A stretch of DNA of 64,000 bases, taken from positions 192,001-256,000 of the forward strand of contig OZ250183.1 of the NCBI GenBank assembly GCA_965238225.1. Reading direction: 5' to 3'. This DNA is from Gammaproteobacteria bacterium. GTDB lineage: Bacteria; Pseudomonadota; Gammaproteobacteria; Eutrophobiales; Eutrophobiaceae. Below, in pieces: positions 9,720 through 21,538 of this stretch (position 1 is the first letter of the stretch; the number at the start of each line of letters is the position of its first letter). The position numbers and the translations under genes were made by a program. The notes under the pieces were generated by a model. It searched no databases, was not told where the DNA came from, and saw only the letters and a list, made by a program, of their open reading frames with translations.

Positions 9720-12287
9720 ATGGACCAGCATTACGATCCTGCAACTATAGAAACAGCCGCTCAGTTAAACTGGGAAAACACTCAGGCCTTTAAGGCTACA
9801 GAAGACGCTTCCAAAGAAAAATTCTATTGTCTGTCTATGTTTCCCTACCCCAGTGGCAAGCTGCATATGGGACATGTCAGAAATTACACCATCGGCGATG
9901 TCATCTCTCGTTATCAACGTATGCAAGGTAAAAATGTCATGCAGCCGATGGGATGGGATGCCTTTGGCTTACCCGCAGAAAATGCTGCGATTCAAAGTGG
10001 CATGCCCCCTGCTAAATGGACGCGTTTAAATATCGAATACATGAAAGCACAGTTACAACGCCTAGGTTTTGCCTATGACTGGGATCGTGAACTGGCCACC
10101 TGCGATCCGGATTATTATAAATGGGAACAATGGTTATTCACCCGCTTGGTGGATAAAGGTCTTGCTTATCGTAAACAAGCCACAGTGAACTGGGATCCTG
10201 TAGACCAAACTGTTCTGGCCAATGAACAAGTCATCAACGGCAAGGGTTGGCGCTCAGGGGCAATTGTAGAACAACGCAACATTGAACAATGGTTTCTTAG
10301 AATCACAGACTATGCACAGGAATTACTGGATGATCTGGATAAACTGCCGGGCTGGCCAGATCGTGTTCTGACACAACAGAGGAACTGGATTGGCCGTTCC
10401 GAAGGTGTACACATAGATTTTCAGCTTGAGGGTGCTACAGAAAAGATCGGTATCTATACCACGCGCCCTGATACATTAATGGGTGTCACCTATGTTGCTG
10501 TTGCAGCTGAACACCCGCTTAGCCTGCAAAAAGCCAAATCCGATGCAAAATTGGCAGCCTTCATAGAAGAATGCAAAAAGTGCGGTGTCACTGAGGCAGA
10601 AATGGAAACCATGGAAAAGAAAGGCCTTTCTCTGGATATCAATGTCATTCACCCAGTAAGCGGTGAATCTGTGCCGCTTTATGTCGCAAATTTCGTGCTC
10701 ATGAGCTATGGCACTGGTGCGGTGATGGCTGTTCCAGGTCATGATCAGCGTGATTGGGAATTCGCTGAAAAATATGGCATTAAGCGCAAACAAGTTATTT
10801 TTAGCATTGACGGCTCTGATTGTAGTATTGAAAAAGAGGCATACCTTGAAAAAGGTATACTAAAAAACTCTGAACCCTTTGATGGTCTAAGTTCAGAGGC
10901 AGCCTTTAATGCGGTAGCAGACTTGCTAAAAAAACAGGGTAAAGGCGAAAAACAAATTAACTACCGACTACGTGATTGGGGCGTTTCTAGGCAACGCTAT
11001 TGGGGCTGTCCCATTCCGATCATTATAGATGCACAGAATAATATAAAAACAGCTTCTGAATTTCCTATTCGTCTTCCTGAAGATATTGTTGTTAATGGTC
11101 AAGGTTCACCGCTTAAAAGAATACCGACGTTTTATAATCTTGATAATGGTGACACACGCGAAACAGATACCTTTGATACTTTTTTTGAATCTAGTTGGTA
11201 TTACGCTCGCTATTGCTGTCCTGATGCTACCGAGTCTATGCTTGATGAGCGAGCTAAATACTGGCTGCCCGTTGATCAATACATTGGCGGTATAGAACAC
11301 GCCATCTTACATTTACTTTATGCACGTTTTTTTAATAAGCTCATGAGGGACGAAGGGTTAATAGAAAATGACGAGCCTTTCAGCAAATTGCTGACACAAG
11401 GCATGGTAGTTGCTGAAACCTATTACCGCATTAATGACGATGGCTCTAAAGACTGGTTTAATCCGTCTGATGTAACGCTCAAACATGATGATAAAAGTGG
11501 CGCTACACGGGCGATATTACAGGCGGACGGGCATGAGGTATCCATTGGCAACATAGAAAAAATGTCCAAATCAAAAAATAACGGTATGGATCCACAGAGC
11601 CTTATCGATCGTTATGGTGCCGATACTGTTCGTCTTTACACTATGTTTGCCGCCCCGCCTGAACAGACGCTGGAATGGTCTGATGCCGGGGTTGAAGGCG
11701 CACACCGTTTTCTTAAAAGACTCTGGAAACTATCGCTTACGCACCTTCAGTCAAACAACATTCCTGAATTAAAAAAGGACGAATTGACAAATGCGCAACA
11801 AAAATTACGCCTTAAGATTCATACCACTATCAGCAAGGTAAATGATGATATTGGACGGCGCTATACATTTAATACCGCAATTGCTGCTGTCATGGAATTA
11901 AGCAATACCCTGTCTCAAGCAAAAGATAAATCTGATAATGACCGAGCTATCATGCATGAAGGCTTGGAAATATCTATTTTACTCTTATCTCCGATTGTTC
12001 CGCACATTACCGATGCCTTATGGCAAAAATTTGGACACACACAATCAGTGATAAATGCACCTTGGCCAAAGATTGACGCTGACGCACTTGTACAAAATGA
12101 ATTACAGCTTATAGTTCAGGTAAACGGTAAATTGCGGACAAAAATTACCGTTGCCACAGGAACGGACAATAAACAAATTGAAGAAACTGCCATTGCTGAT
12201 GAGAAGGTGCAAAGATTTATTGCTGGCAAAAAAATTCAAAAGGTTATTGTTGTGCCTAGACGGCTAGTGAATATTGTCGTTTCATAA
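9720..12287 (+). CDS. leuS: leucine--tRNA ligase
   Basis: [11 protein letters not shown] (HIGH-type), KMSKS, YTTRPDT editing domain. Confidence 0.98.
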   Translation: MDQHYDPATIETAAQLNWENTQAFKATEDASKEKFYCLSMFPYPSGKLHMGHVRNYTIGDVISRYQRMQGKNVMQPMGWDAFGLPAENAAIQSGMPPAKWTRLNIEYMKAQLQRLGFAYDWDRELATCDPDYYKWEQWLFTRLVDKGLAYRKQATVNWDPVDQTVLANEQVINGKGWRSGAIVEQRNIEQWFLRITDYAQELLDDLDKLPGWPDRVLTQQRNWIGRSEGVHIDFQLEGATEKIGIYTTRPDTLMGVTYVAVAAEHPLSLQKAKSDAKLAAFIEECKKCGVTEAEMETMEKKGLSLDINVIHPVSGESVPLYVANFVLMSYGTGAVMAVPGHDQRDWEFAEKYGIKRKQVIFSIDGSDCSIEKEAYLEKGILKNSEPFDGLSSEAAFNAVADLLKKQGKGEKQINYRLRDWGVSRQRYWGCPIPIIIDAQNNIKTASEFPIRLPEDIVVNGQGSPLKRIPTFYNLDNGDTRETDTFDTFFESSWYYARYCCPDATESMLDERAKYWLPVDQYIGGIEHAILHLLYARFFNKLMRDEGLIENDEPFSKLLTQGMVVAETYYRINDDGSKDWFNPSDVTLKHDDKSGATRAILQADGHEVSIGNIEKMSKSKNNGMDPQSLIDRYGADTVRLYTMFAAPPEQTLEWSDAGVEGAHRFLKRLWKLSLTHLQSNNIPELKKDELTNAQQKLRLKIHTTISKVNDDIGRRYTFNTAIAAVMELSNTLSQAKDKSDNDRAIMHEGLEISILLLSPIVPHITDALWQKFGHTQSVINAPWPKIDADALVQNELQLIVQVNGKLRTKITVATGTDNKQIEETAIADEKVQRFIAGKKIQKVIVVPRRLVNIVVS

Positions 12288-12371
12288 TAAGCTATGTCTG
12301 TGCACAAATTACCCTGTGCACAAAATTATATAGAATGCAGCCTGCAAATTTCTTATAAGAAAACACCATTA

Positions 12372-12911
12372 ATGAAACCAGCAATAAAACCATTAAACAA
12401 GATTCTATTTGGGGGTGTATTTAGTAGAGTCGCTATCTTAAATCTTGTATTCCTATTGGCGTGGCTCAATGCCTGTGGTTTCCAACTCAAGGGTACGAAC
12501 CTGCAAGCACTACAAAACGCAAATATTTATGTTCAATCTTCAAATGCCAATATACTTGCTGCCGAGGTAAAACAGCAGTTATTAGGCACTGGTGTAAAAC
12601 TTATCAAAAATTCCTCAGGTGCAGATTATGTCGTCACCTTAAGCAATGAGTCTTTTGAAACAAGAGTTTTATCTGTCTCGGCAAGCTCTGGCAAGGCAAT
12701 AGAATACGAAATATCATATGCTGCCCAACTCAAAATTACCAAGCGAGATGATGAGAAAATAACTATACGTGCTCCTATTTCAGCATCACGTGATTTTTCA
12801 TTTCGTAATACTGTCTTGGGTAAAAACGAAGAAAAATCAATACTAAAAAAAGACATTGCCAAACAGGCAGCAGCAACTGTTCTGAGGCGGCTCAGGTTTG
12901 TCATTCAATAA
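12372..12911 (+). CDS. lptE: LPS assembly lipoprotein LptE
   Basis: Lipobox LNAC-GFQL; leuS-lptE-holA synteny; start uncertain (12294 or 12372). Confidence 0.85.
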   Translation: MKPAIKPLNKILFGGVFSRVAILNLVFLLAWLNACGFQLKGTNLQALQNANIYVQSSNANILAAEVKQQLLGTGVKLIKNSSGADYVVTLSNESFETRVLSVSASSGKAIEYEISYAAQLKITKRDDEKITIRAPISASRDFSFRNTVLGKNEEKSILKKDIAKQAAATVLRRLRFVIQ

Positions 12912-13942
12912 TGCAAGTGAGAATAGAACAATTACCTGACATAATTGACCGCAAAGGACTTTCCCCTGTTTACCTTATAAGCGGTGACGAGCCACTACAA
13001 CTCAACGAAGCCACGGATTTCATCCGCAGTAAAGCCAGAGAAGCAGGTATAGAAGAACGCATTGTTCTTGATGTCGCCGCCCACTTTGACTGGAACATAT
13101 TGATTGAAGAAAACGCAAAAATGTCGTTGTTTGCCAGTAGGCGGCTTATTGAATTACGCATGGGTGCAAACAAGCCAGGGCTCGGTGGCGCGAAGGTGCT
13201 TATTGAATACGCCGAACATCTGACAAACGAAAATGTTTTGTTAATCACCTGTAATAGTCTTAAAAAACAAGTTCAAAAAAGCAAGTGGTATAAATCTCTT
13301 GATAACATTGGTGTAACAGCGCAAGTATGGCCAATTGATGCAGAAAAATTACCAACATGGATTCAACAACGCATAAAAAAACTTGGCAAGAAAATTACGA
13401 CAGATGCAGCGCGGCTGATTGCTGATCATGTTGAAGGCAATATGCTCGCTGCCAATCAGGAAATTAACAAACTTTGTATACTTGTAGATAATAATGAAAT
13501 CACAATTGATGACGTTATCCCTGCTATCACTGATAGCGCGCGTTTTGATGTCTTCGGGCTTATTGAATGTGCTTATGCAAATGAACCAAAACGTATGTTT
13601 AGAATATTAGAAGGGCTTAAAAGTGAAGGCTTGGATCCGATGGCGATTTATGGTGCATTGATGTGGGATTATAGACGACTGTGCAGCATGGGCTATCATC
13701 TAAGCTGCGGTGTTATGCTGGATAAATTATTTGCCGAGTATAGAATTTGGGACAACAAACGCAAACAAGCCATTAAATCCATCTTACAAAGACATGACAT
13801 GAAAGAATTATATGCATTATTAAAGCAGGCGAATGCACTAGACAGAACAATAAAAAGCGCAGAAAAACATACGGCTTGGGATGCCATGTTGAGTTTATTG
13901 TTAGCTTTTTCAGGACATAATATAAATACTTTAAATGCGTAG
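12911..13942 (+). CDS. holA: DNA polymerase III delta subunit
   Basis: YLISGDEPL, MSLFASRRLIEL, EGNMLAANQEINKL. Confidence 0.95.
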   Translation: MQVRIEQLPDIIDRKGLSPVYLISGDEPLQLNEATDFIRSKAREAGIEERIVLDVAAHFDWNILIEENAKMSLFASRRLIELRMGANKPGLGGAKVLIEYAEHLTNENVLLITCNSLKKQVQKSKWYKSLDNIGVTAQVWPIDAEKLPTWIQQRIKKLGKKITTDAARLIADHVEGNMLAANQEINKLCILVDNNEITIDDVIPAITDSARFDVFGLIECAYANEPKRMFRILEGLKSEGLDPMAIYGALMWDYRRLCSMGYHLSCGVMLDKLFAEYRIWDNKRKQAIKSILQRHDMKELYALLKQANALDRTIKSAEKHTAWDAMLSLLLAFSGHNINTLNA

Positions 13943-13979
13943 CATAAAAATTAAACCTTCATAACCATACTTTAAGAGG

Positions 13980-15236
13980 ATGAATATTAAAGAATACATA
14001 CACGATGTAGGTAAACGAGCCAAAACAGCTTCTCGCATCATGGCGAAAACAGATACCGCTACAAAAAATAATGCGCTGGCAAAGATTGCCGACTTGATTA
14101 TTGAGTCGCAAACCGAACTGCTTGCAGCCAATGCGCTGGATATTGCAGCAGGCAAGGCCAATTGCTTGGATGATGCCCTGCTTGACCGACTGCAACTAAC
14201 CCAAGATCGGATAAAAGCCATGGCAGAAGGGCTGCGTCAGGTGGCTCAACTGCCTGATACTATTGGCAAGATTTCGCCCATGGAAGAAATGCCTTCTGGG
14301 ATAAAAGTCGGACGTATGCGCGTACCTCTGGGGGTTATCGGTATCATTTATGAATCACGCCCTAATGTCACTGTAGATGCTGCCGCGCTTTGTCTTAAAT
14401 CTGGTAATGCCACCATTTTACGCGGAGGCTCAGAAGCAGCCAATTCAAATCAGGCGATTGCTTCTGGCATCCAAAAAGGATTGCAAGCCTGTGGCTTACC
14501 TAAAGCGGCCGCACAGGTCATTGAAACAACGGATCGCGCTGCAGTCGGTGAGTTACTCAAGATGCCTGAATATATTGATGTCATTATCCCGCGCGGCGGC
14601 AAGGGTTTAATAGAACGCGTCAGCAAAGAGGCGCGTATGCCTGTAATTAAACATCTTGATGGTATCTGTCATGTCTATATTGATGATCATGCTGATATAG
14701 ACAAGGCAATAAAAATTGCTTACAACGCCAAAACCCAACGATATGGAACATGCAATACTATGGAATGTTTGCTGGTCGCAGAAGCTATTGCTGACCCTGT
14801 ATTAAAAAAACTTGCACCTATGTACAAAGAAGCTGGCGTGGAAATAAGAGGTTGTGACAAGTCAAAAAAAATCTTGCCTGAAATAAAACAAGCAACAGAT
14901 GAAGATTACCACACAGAATATCTAGCGCCTATTATGTCATTGCGTATTATTAGCGGACTGCAAGAAGCCATGGATCATATAGATAAATATGGATCGGATC
15001 ACACAGATGTAATTGTCACCGAAGATAAAAATAATGCAGACAGATTTCTCCGCGAGGTTGATTCTTCTTCGGTCATGGTGAACGCATCATCGCGCTTTGC
15101 AGATGGTTTCGAATATGGTCTAGGTGCTGAAATCGGCATCAGCACTGATAAATTTCATGCGCGCGGTCCTGTTGGCTTAGAAGGTTTAACCTCACAAAAA
15201 TATATAGTCCTTGGTGATGGTCATATTCGAGAATAA
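13980..15236 (+). CDS. proA: gamma-glutamyl phosphate reductase
   Basis: [40 protein letters not shown]. Confidence 0.97.
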   Translation: MNIKEYIHDVGKRAKTASRIMAKTDTATKNNALAKIADLIIESQTELLAANALDIAAGKANCLDDALLDRLQLTQDRIKAMAEGLRQVAQLPDTIGKISPMEEMPSGIKVGRMRVPLGVIGIIYESRPNVTVDAAALCLKSGNATILRGGSEAANSNQAIASGIQKGLQACGLPKAAAQVIETTDRAAVGELLKMPEYIDVIIPRGGKGLIERVSKEARMPVIKHLDGICHVYIDDHADIDKAIKIAYNAKTQRYGTCNTMECLLVAEAIADPVLKKLAPMYKEAGVEIRGCDKSKKILPEIKQATDEDYHTEYLAPIMSLRIISGLQEAMDHIDKYGSDHTDVIVTEDKNNADRFLREVDSSSVMVNASSRFADGFEYGLGAEIGISTDKFHARGPVGLEGLTSQKYIVLGDGHIRE

Positions 15237-15257
15237 GAATTTATTAATCGTTAAATC

Positions 15258-15911
15258 ATGACTCAGCCTATTGGTATTTTGGGCGGTAGTTTTGATCCAG
15301 TACACAATGGACACTTGCACTTAGCGACAACATTTCTTAAACAGCTAAATCTTGCCGAGCTTCGCTTTATTCCTGTAAACAAACCAGCACATCGCACTTT
15401 ACCACTAGCATCTTCCAAACAACGATTAAAAATGCTAAAACTTGCCACAAAACACCATGCGGCTTTGAAGGTTGATGATTGTGAGCTACAAAGGCATGAA
15501 ATTTCATATACTATTGATATCTTGAAACTGCTGCGAAAGCGCATCGGCAACACACCGCTTTGTATAATCATCGGCATGGATAATTTCAAAACATTAAATA
15601 ACTGGCATAAATGGCAATCCATAATAGACTATGCGCATATCGCTATCGCCAATCGCCTAGGCAGTAGTAATGAAATAGATAATATTGAGGTAAGAAAATT
15701 TATGGATAGCTTTATCACAGAGTCTGTAGCAGACCTGCATAGTAAAGACTCAGGATGCATTATCAAACCGGATATTCCCATGCTTGATATCTCATCAACA
15801 CAAATAAAAAATAATTTTCAAACCGAATCAAACTCAAACGCAAAATCATTACTGCCCGATAAAGTATTAGACTTTATTCACACCCACCATTTATATAATA
15901 AGAAAATATGA
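15258..15911 (+). CDS. nadD: nicotinate-nucleotide adenylyltransferase
   Basis: GGSFDPVHNGH, SYTID, IIGMD, ISSTQIK. Confidence 0.95.
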   Translation: MTQPIGILGGSFDPVHNGHLHLATTFLKQLNLAELRFIPVNKPAHRTLPLASSKQRLKMLKLATKHHAALKVDDCELQRHEISYTIDILKLLRKRIGNTPLCIIIGMDNFKTLNNWHKWQSIIDYAHIAIANRLGSSNEIDNIEVRKFMDSFITESVADLHSKDSGCIIKPDIPMLDISSTQIKNNFQTESNSNAKSLLPDKVLDFIHTHHLYNKKI

Positions 15912-16264
15912 AATTAGAAAAGCTCTCTGAATTAATTATAAAAACACTAAAAGACAACAAAGCCACGGATATTCATATGCTTGATATAAGAAACATCGCC
16001 TCGTTTGCTGATTTAATGATTATAGCCAGCGGCACTTCCAGAAAACAAGTCACGTCTATCGCTGAAAAACTCGTTGAAAAAACAAAAAAGAATAAGGTTC
16101 CGCCTTACGGCTTAGAAGGCAAGCAATACGGCGAATGGATATTGGTTGACCTTGGCGATATTATCGTACACATTATGCATCCAGAAACTCGCGCATATTA
16201 TAAGCTAGAAAAACTCTGGTCGTTCACAGATGATTCAAACACTACTAAAAAAGCTATTCATTAA
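15908..16264 (+). CDS. rsfS: ribosome silencing factor
   Basis: IASGTS, WILVDLGDIIVHIM, YKLEKLW. Confidence 0.95.
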   Translation: MKLEKLSELIIKTLKDNKATDIHMLDIRNIASFADLMIIASGTSRKQVTSIAEKLVEKTKKNKVPPYGLEGKQYGEWILVDLGDIIVHIMHPETRAYYKLEKLWSFTDDSNTTKKAIH

Positions 16265-16307
16265 TTCATTCACGGGAATTCATTAACAAGTTATCAGAGC
16301 GTTTGAT

Positions 16308-16901
16308 GTGAATACTTATAAAATAGAACCACACCACAGTCGGACTCGTGCGAGTCGCCTCGGCAGCATCCTTAATGCCACCGCTTGCCTTTTATCTTTG
16401 TCGTTTCTGGCTGGCTGTGCTCCGTCATGGGGCTGGACTAAAGATACCGTCTACATGCGCTGTGAAGATGGCGAGAAGCCCGCCATATTTGCCTACAGCG
16501 TCTCCGAGCAAGGCATTCAGTTCCCGGGGATGTCGGTCATGCTGCAACGCAACATCCCCAACTGGGTACAACAACTATGGGTGGCAGAAGATCAATTTTT
16601 GGTGATTTGGACTGGGCGGGCACTGCACTGTGATAATAGAGATGCAGATGGTCGTCTCAGCGCAGGATATTGCGAGGGTCATCGCGTGGTCACTGGATAC
16701 GAGATGATTAAATACGACCACGGACGCATGCGCCATTGGCATATGAAAGGCACTCGGCAGTTCACCGCCCAAGATATTAACTTCGAGCCAAACGAACAAG
16801 CGTACACCACCATAGCAGGGTGTGAACAACAATCTACCTTTACCCAACAGGCATTCGCCAACCTGCAATATTATTGGGCAGAGATACTACGACAATTTTA
16901 A
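16308..16901 (+). CDS. hypothetical cysteine-rich lipoprotein
   Basis: 197-aa ORF, hydrophobic stretch with lipobox FLAGC; about 53% GC in one sampled 60-mer, higher than the flanks; start uncertain. Confidence 0.6.
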   Translation: MNTYKIEPHHSRTRASRLGSILNATACLLSLSFLAGCAPSWGWTKDTVYMRCEDGEKPAIFAYSVSEQGIQFPGMSVMLQRNIPNWVQQLWVAEDQFLVIWTGRALHCDNRDADGRLSAGYCEGHRVVTGYEMIKYDHGRMRHWHMKGTRQFTAQDINFEPNEQAYTTIAGCEQQSTFTQQAFANLQYYWAEILRQF

Positions 16902-17011
16902 GCCAACAGTAATCATCAACCGCCGTATCCAAGTACACAACAAGGCTAGACTAAGGGTGTAGTGTTTGATGTGAATCTGATGAAATGGGCGTTATAATAA
17001 TAGACAACAAT

Positions 17012-17036
17012 AAAAAAGCCCCCGCTGGGAGGGCTT
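17012..17036 (-). terminator. tracrRNA intrinsic terminator
   Basis: Minus strand AAGCCCTC-CCAGC-GGGGGCTT-TTTT. Confidence 0.8.
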
Positions 17037-17120
17037 GGTCGCCTAAAGGCGTAGCCTACGAAATAACAATTTCATTGGTATGAAAAGCAAATCAATAAGC
17101 CTTAGTCGGTTACACTTAAG
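17012..17120 (-). ncRNA. tracrRNA
   Basis: 17095..17116 matches 21/22 nt of the repeat; pairing extends via TTTGC and TTCATACC with G-U pairs; followed on the minus strand by hairpin CGCCTTTAGGCG and a terminator. Confidence 0.85.
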
Positions 17121-17147
17121 GTACTGAGGTTACACTAAGGAACTGAT

Positions 17148-20100
17148 ATGAGCAAGAAAATTTTAGGTTTAGATTTAGGCAGCAATTCTTTAGGCTGGGC
17201 ATTGCTTGAAGAGACGAGCGGCGAAGCAAGCAAGATCATCGGCTTAGGCAGCCGTATATTTACCAAAGCGGTGCAGGATAAAACACCAACACCAAAAAAT
17301 GTAAAAAGAAGACAGAGCCGACTAGGCAGGCGCGTATTACAGCGGCGCGCCAGGCGTAAACAGCGGATGTTAAATTATTTAGTGCATTTAAATCTATTGC
17401 CTAATGAACTGCAAAGTCATACACAACCTGAGGTACTCTTAAATAAACTGGGCGACCCATACGAGCTTAGGGCTAAGGCCTTAGATTCAAAATTATCACC
17501 CCATGAATTTGGACGGGTGCTGTTACATTTTGTTGCACGACGTGGCTTTTTAAGCACCAAAAAACAATTAGCAGGTGATTTGGTAGACGACCCAGATACA
17601 ATTCCCTATTTAAACGAGTTAGATGACAAACCTGTAAAAGATAAAAAAGATAAAGAAGGCAAAGAAGAAGAATCATTCAAGGCGGATATAGCCAAGTTAA
17701 GAGAAGATATGATAAAGGCTAACGCAAGAACCCTAGGAGAATATTTATATCATCTTGCCAAAGGATCATGCAAAAGAAACCGCGGTCATGATGGCGGACA
17801 TCTTAGAACTGACAGGAAAATGTACCAAGACGAACTAGAGAAAATATGGCAGCAACAAAGCCAATATTTCTCACATCTGCCAGATGATTTCATGCCTGAA
17901 AAAGGCATTAAACAAGGCATTAAACAAATTATTTTTTACCAAAGACCACTGAAACTAAAAAAAGATAGAGTGGGGAAATGTTCCCTTGAACTAAAAAATA
18001 ACCGTGCAGCCATGGCAAGATTAGAAGCACAGCGTTTTCGTTATCTGCAAGATATAAATAATCTACAATATTTTGAAAGTGAAACAGAACAATGGATAAG
18101 TATAACTAAAGAAAATAAACAGAAGCTTATTCAATATTTTGAGCATAACGGAAAAATAAAACTAACTGAACTTAAAAAAATATTAGGCTTAAAAAGCAAA
18201 ACTAAATTTAATCTAGAAGCTAAAAACCTTAAAGGTAATATCACTGCCTGTGAGATTCGTACAATATTAGGCGAATCGTGGGATAATTTTTCTGATGAAC
18301 AACAAAAAGCACTGCTTGAAGATTTATTATCAATCAAGAAAAAATCAGCCCTTAAGAAAAGATTATGTACACACTGGAACCTTGATGTACACCAAGCGGT
18401 TCAATTATGTCTATTGGAATTTGAACCATCACACGCTAATCATTCGCTCAAAGCAATCAATAAACTATTACCTTACTTAGAACAGGGATTGATCTATAGT
18501 GATGCAAGAAAAAAAGCAGGCTATGATTATGAGGTAAAGGAAATTACCACACAAGAAAAACTAGGCGCACCTCCTGCAACATCCAATCCAATTGTTAATC
18601 GTGGATTACATGAATTAAAACGTGTTGTTAATGCTATTATAAAACAATACGGCAAGCCCGATACGATTCGTGTTGAAATGGCTAGAGACTTGGAGATGAA
18701 TACCAAGCGGTATAAAGAAAATGAAGCAAAACAAAATAAAAATAAAAAAGCCAATGAAAAGGCAGTAGATGCTTATAGAAGTTTGAACCTAGGTCAATAT
18801 CCAAGTCATGACGATAAAATAAAATATCGCCTATGGGAAGAACAAAGCCGCTTGTGTGCATACAGCACACAATCTATCTCGTTAAATGCTGTATTTACTG
18901 CTGAGGTTGAGATAGACCATATTCTTCCCTTTAAAATATCGCGCGATAATTCTTATATGAATAAGGTGCTGTGCTTTACAAAAGAAAATCGAAATAAAAA
19001 GGATAGAACACCTATAGATGCTTGGGGCGGTAACAAAGAAAAATGGAATCAAATAACTCATGCAATCAGTAAATGGAAAGGTCTAGACAGCAAAGTAAAA
19101 CGTTTTCGCCAAACCAAAGCAGACCTACAAAACCGTGATTTTACTTCATCGCAACTCAATGATACACGTTATATTGCCAGGCTTGCCTTGGAATATGTCA
19201 AGCAATTAGCTTGTGATGTTTCGGTAACCAAAGGCTATGTGGTTTCGCAAATTCGTCACCAATGGGGCTTAAATGACTTAATCGGTGAAACAGACAAGAA
19301 AGACCGTGCCGACCACAGACATCATGCCATAGATGCCGCTGTGATTGCTGCTACATCCAGAAGTCTGTATCAAAACGCAGTGGCGCAGATTCAGCGTGAC
19401 AAGCTCAAGATCACACCGCCATATCCTGATTTTAGAAATGAATTAGACGAACACATAAAACACCTGATTGTCTCTCATGCGCCACAACGTAAATTATCAG
19501 GCGGTCTTCATGAGGAAACAGGCGCAGACTTTATCCAAAAACATGGTGGTTTGGTATGCCGAGAAAATCTCTCACCTGAATTTACAAACACTAAAAAGAT
19601 TGTGGATGAAACAATAAAAGAATTGGTTCAAGCACACTTGGATGATTATGCAGGAGATCCGAAAAAGGCCTTTGCTGATGGCGTCACTGTGTATCACAAA
19701 GATGGCAAAACACCCATCAAACGAGTTCGAATATTACAATCTGAAGTTAAAGTCACCAAAAACAAAATAGCCGAAGATATTTTAAGCCAAAAGAAATTTG
19801 GGGTGAAAGATAAGTCTGGCAAGATATTCAGATGGATGTCGTATGGCAATACGCATCATGTTGAAATTATCAAGCATAAAGCAACAGGAAAATACAAAGG
19901 TGAATTTGTTACTATGATGGAAGCCCATAGACGTGCAATGACAGGCACAAAATCCGCAATAAAAAGAAGAATTATACGAGAAGATATTATTAAAATTGAC
20001 CATGGTGATGACTGGAAATTTATTATGGCTTTGCATATTAATGACTTGGTGAGTATTGAGAAAAATGACAACGAAAGAGAATTTTATAAAGTGCAAAAAC

Positions 20101-20283
20101 TAAAGAAAGATAACAATCAGAATACAGATTACACTGCATACAGATGCACATAAAGCAACAGAAATACCCAAGGACAAGAAGCTATTAAAATCTGTGACTA
20201 CACTAATGTCTGATCAGTATAAATTGAAAAAACATTGCATCAATGTCATAGGAATATTTACAGATGATCAAACGCATCATTGA
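17148..20283 (+). CDS. cas9: type II-C Cas9; ORF stops at 20153 owing to an apparent +1 frameshift near 20118, natural end 20283
   Basis: RuvC-I ILGLDLGSNSLGWA, Arg-rich bridge helix, RuvC-II IRVEMARD, HNH EIDHILP, RuvC-III HRHHAIDA; the +1 frame continues RIQITLHTDAH...KKHCINVIG to a TGA inside cas1. Confidence 0.93.
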
Positions 20284-21163
20284 TATTAGCGATGCTGCAT
20301 ACCTTCATTTAAAACACCAGCAATTATATATTGATAAGCAAAATGAAACGGTGGGACAAATCCCCATAGAAGACTTGGGCGTTTTAATATTACAGCACCC
20401 AGCGATTGTTTTTACACAACAGCTTATTATCGCCTGCCAAAAGAATAAGGTTGTTATAATTTTTTGTGATGAAAAACACTTACCTTACTCAGTCATTCTG
20501 CCTATTGCAGAATCCAATACCTTGCATAATAAAATTCTCAAACAACAATTGAACATCACCGAGCCTGTACGTAAAAGATTATGGAAACAAATTGTGCAAC
20601 AAAAAATTAAGCAACAAGCGATAACACTCTCATTACTGAATAAAAATGCAACGCGGTTAAATTATTTGATGAGACAAGTAAAAACGAATGATAACGGTAA
20701 CTGCGAAGCAGTTGCTGCACAAGCATATTGGAAATTATTATTTGGCAATAACTTCAGACGAAATATTAATATGGATGGAATCAACAGTCTGCTTAATTAT
20801 GGTTATTCTATTGTGCGCGCAATGATAGCCAGAAGCATATGCAGCGCTGGATTACATCCAACTTTAGGTTTGTTTCATAAAAATCAATACAACGCCTTGT
20901 GTTTGGCAGATGACCTAATGGAGCCATTTAGACCTTGGGTAGATTGGCATGTCTATCATATGGCTAAAAATCAGCAAACAGAAATTAATCAACAAAATAA
21001 ACAAACCCTGCTGGCATTATTAAATGCAACGGTTGTCTATGCTGATAAAAAAATGCCATTTACAGTGGCAACACATTATTTTATGGCTGATTTGAGGCGT
21101 TGTTATACAAAAGAGAAAAAAAGCTTGGTTTACCCCGAACTGGAAAAAAGAGCTTATATATGA
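20264..21163 (+). CDS. cas1: type II CRISPR-associated integrase Cas1
   Basis: IPIEDLG, EAVAAQAYW, NSLLNYGY, LADDLMEPFRP. Confidence 0.95.
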   Translation: MIKRIIDISDAAYLHLKHQQLYIDKQNETVGQIPIEDLGVLILQHPAIVFTQQLIIACQKNKVVIIFCDEKHLPYSVILPIAESNTLHNKILKQQLNITEPVRKRLWKQIVQQKIKQQAITLSLLNKNATRLNYLMRQVKTNDNGNCEAVAAQAYWKLLFGNNFRRNINMDGINSLLNYGYSIVRAMIARSICSAGLHPTLGLFHKNQYNALCLADDLMEPFRPWVDWHVYHMAKNQQTEINQQNKQTLLALLNATVVYADKKMPFTVATHYFMADLRRCYTKEKKSLVYPELEKRAYI

Positions 21164-21489
21164 CATTTGGTGGGCTGCAAACAATGTGGATCATCGTATT
21201 ATTTGATTTACCAACAGATACCAAAACAACTCGAAAAGAATATACTCGATTCAGAAAGTGTTTATTGCAAGATGGCTTTACAATGATGCAATATTCAGTA
21301 TATATGCGCCACAGCAGCAGCGATGAGAATGCACAGGTTCATGCAAACAGAGTAAAAGGACAGCTTCCTGATGATGGCGAAGTGCGTATCATCAAAATCA
21401 CCGACAAACAATTCGGAAAAATAGAGGTTTTTTATGGAAAAAAGCGCATACCAACAGAAACAGCACCCCTGCAACTTCAGTTTTTCTGA
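21160..21489 (+). CDS. cas2: Cas2
   Basis: MWIIVLFDLP, GFTMMQYSVY, ITDKQF; ATG overlaps the cas1 stop; no csn2 or cas4, so subtype II-C. Confidence 0.95.
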   Translation: MTFGGLQTMWIIVLFDLPTDTKTTRKEYTRFRKCLLQDGFTMMQYSVYMRHSSSDENAQVHANRVKGQLPDDGEVRIIKITDKQFGKIEVFYGKKRIPTETAPLQLQFF

Positions 21490-21538
21490 AGAAATAAACT
21501 TATATTTATGCCTTAAATCAACAACTTACTTGCAAGAT
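21490..21538. promoter_or_regulatory. AT-rich CRISPR leader with an IHF consensus site at 21516..21528
   Basis: AATCAA-CAAC-TTA matches WATCAANNNNTTR, ending 10 bp before the first repeat. Confidence 0.65.
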
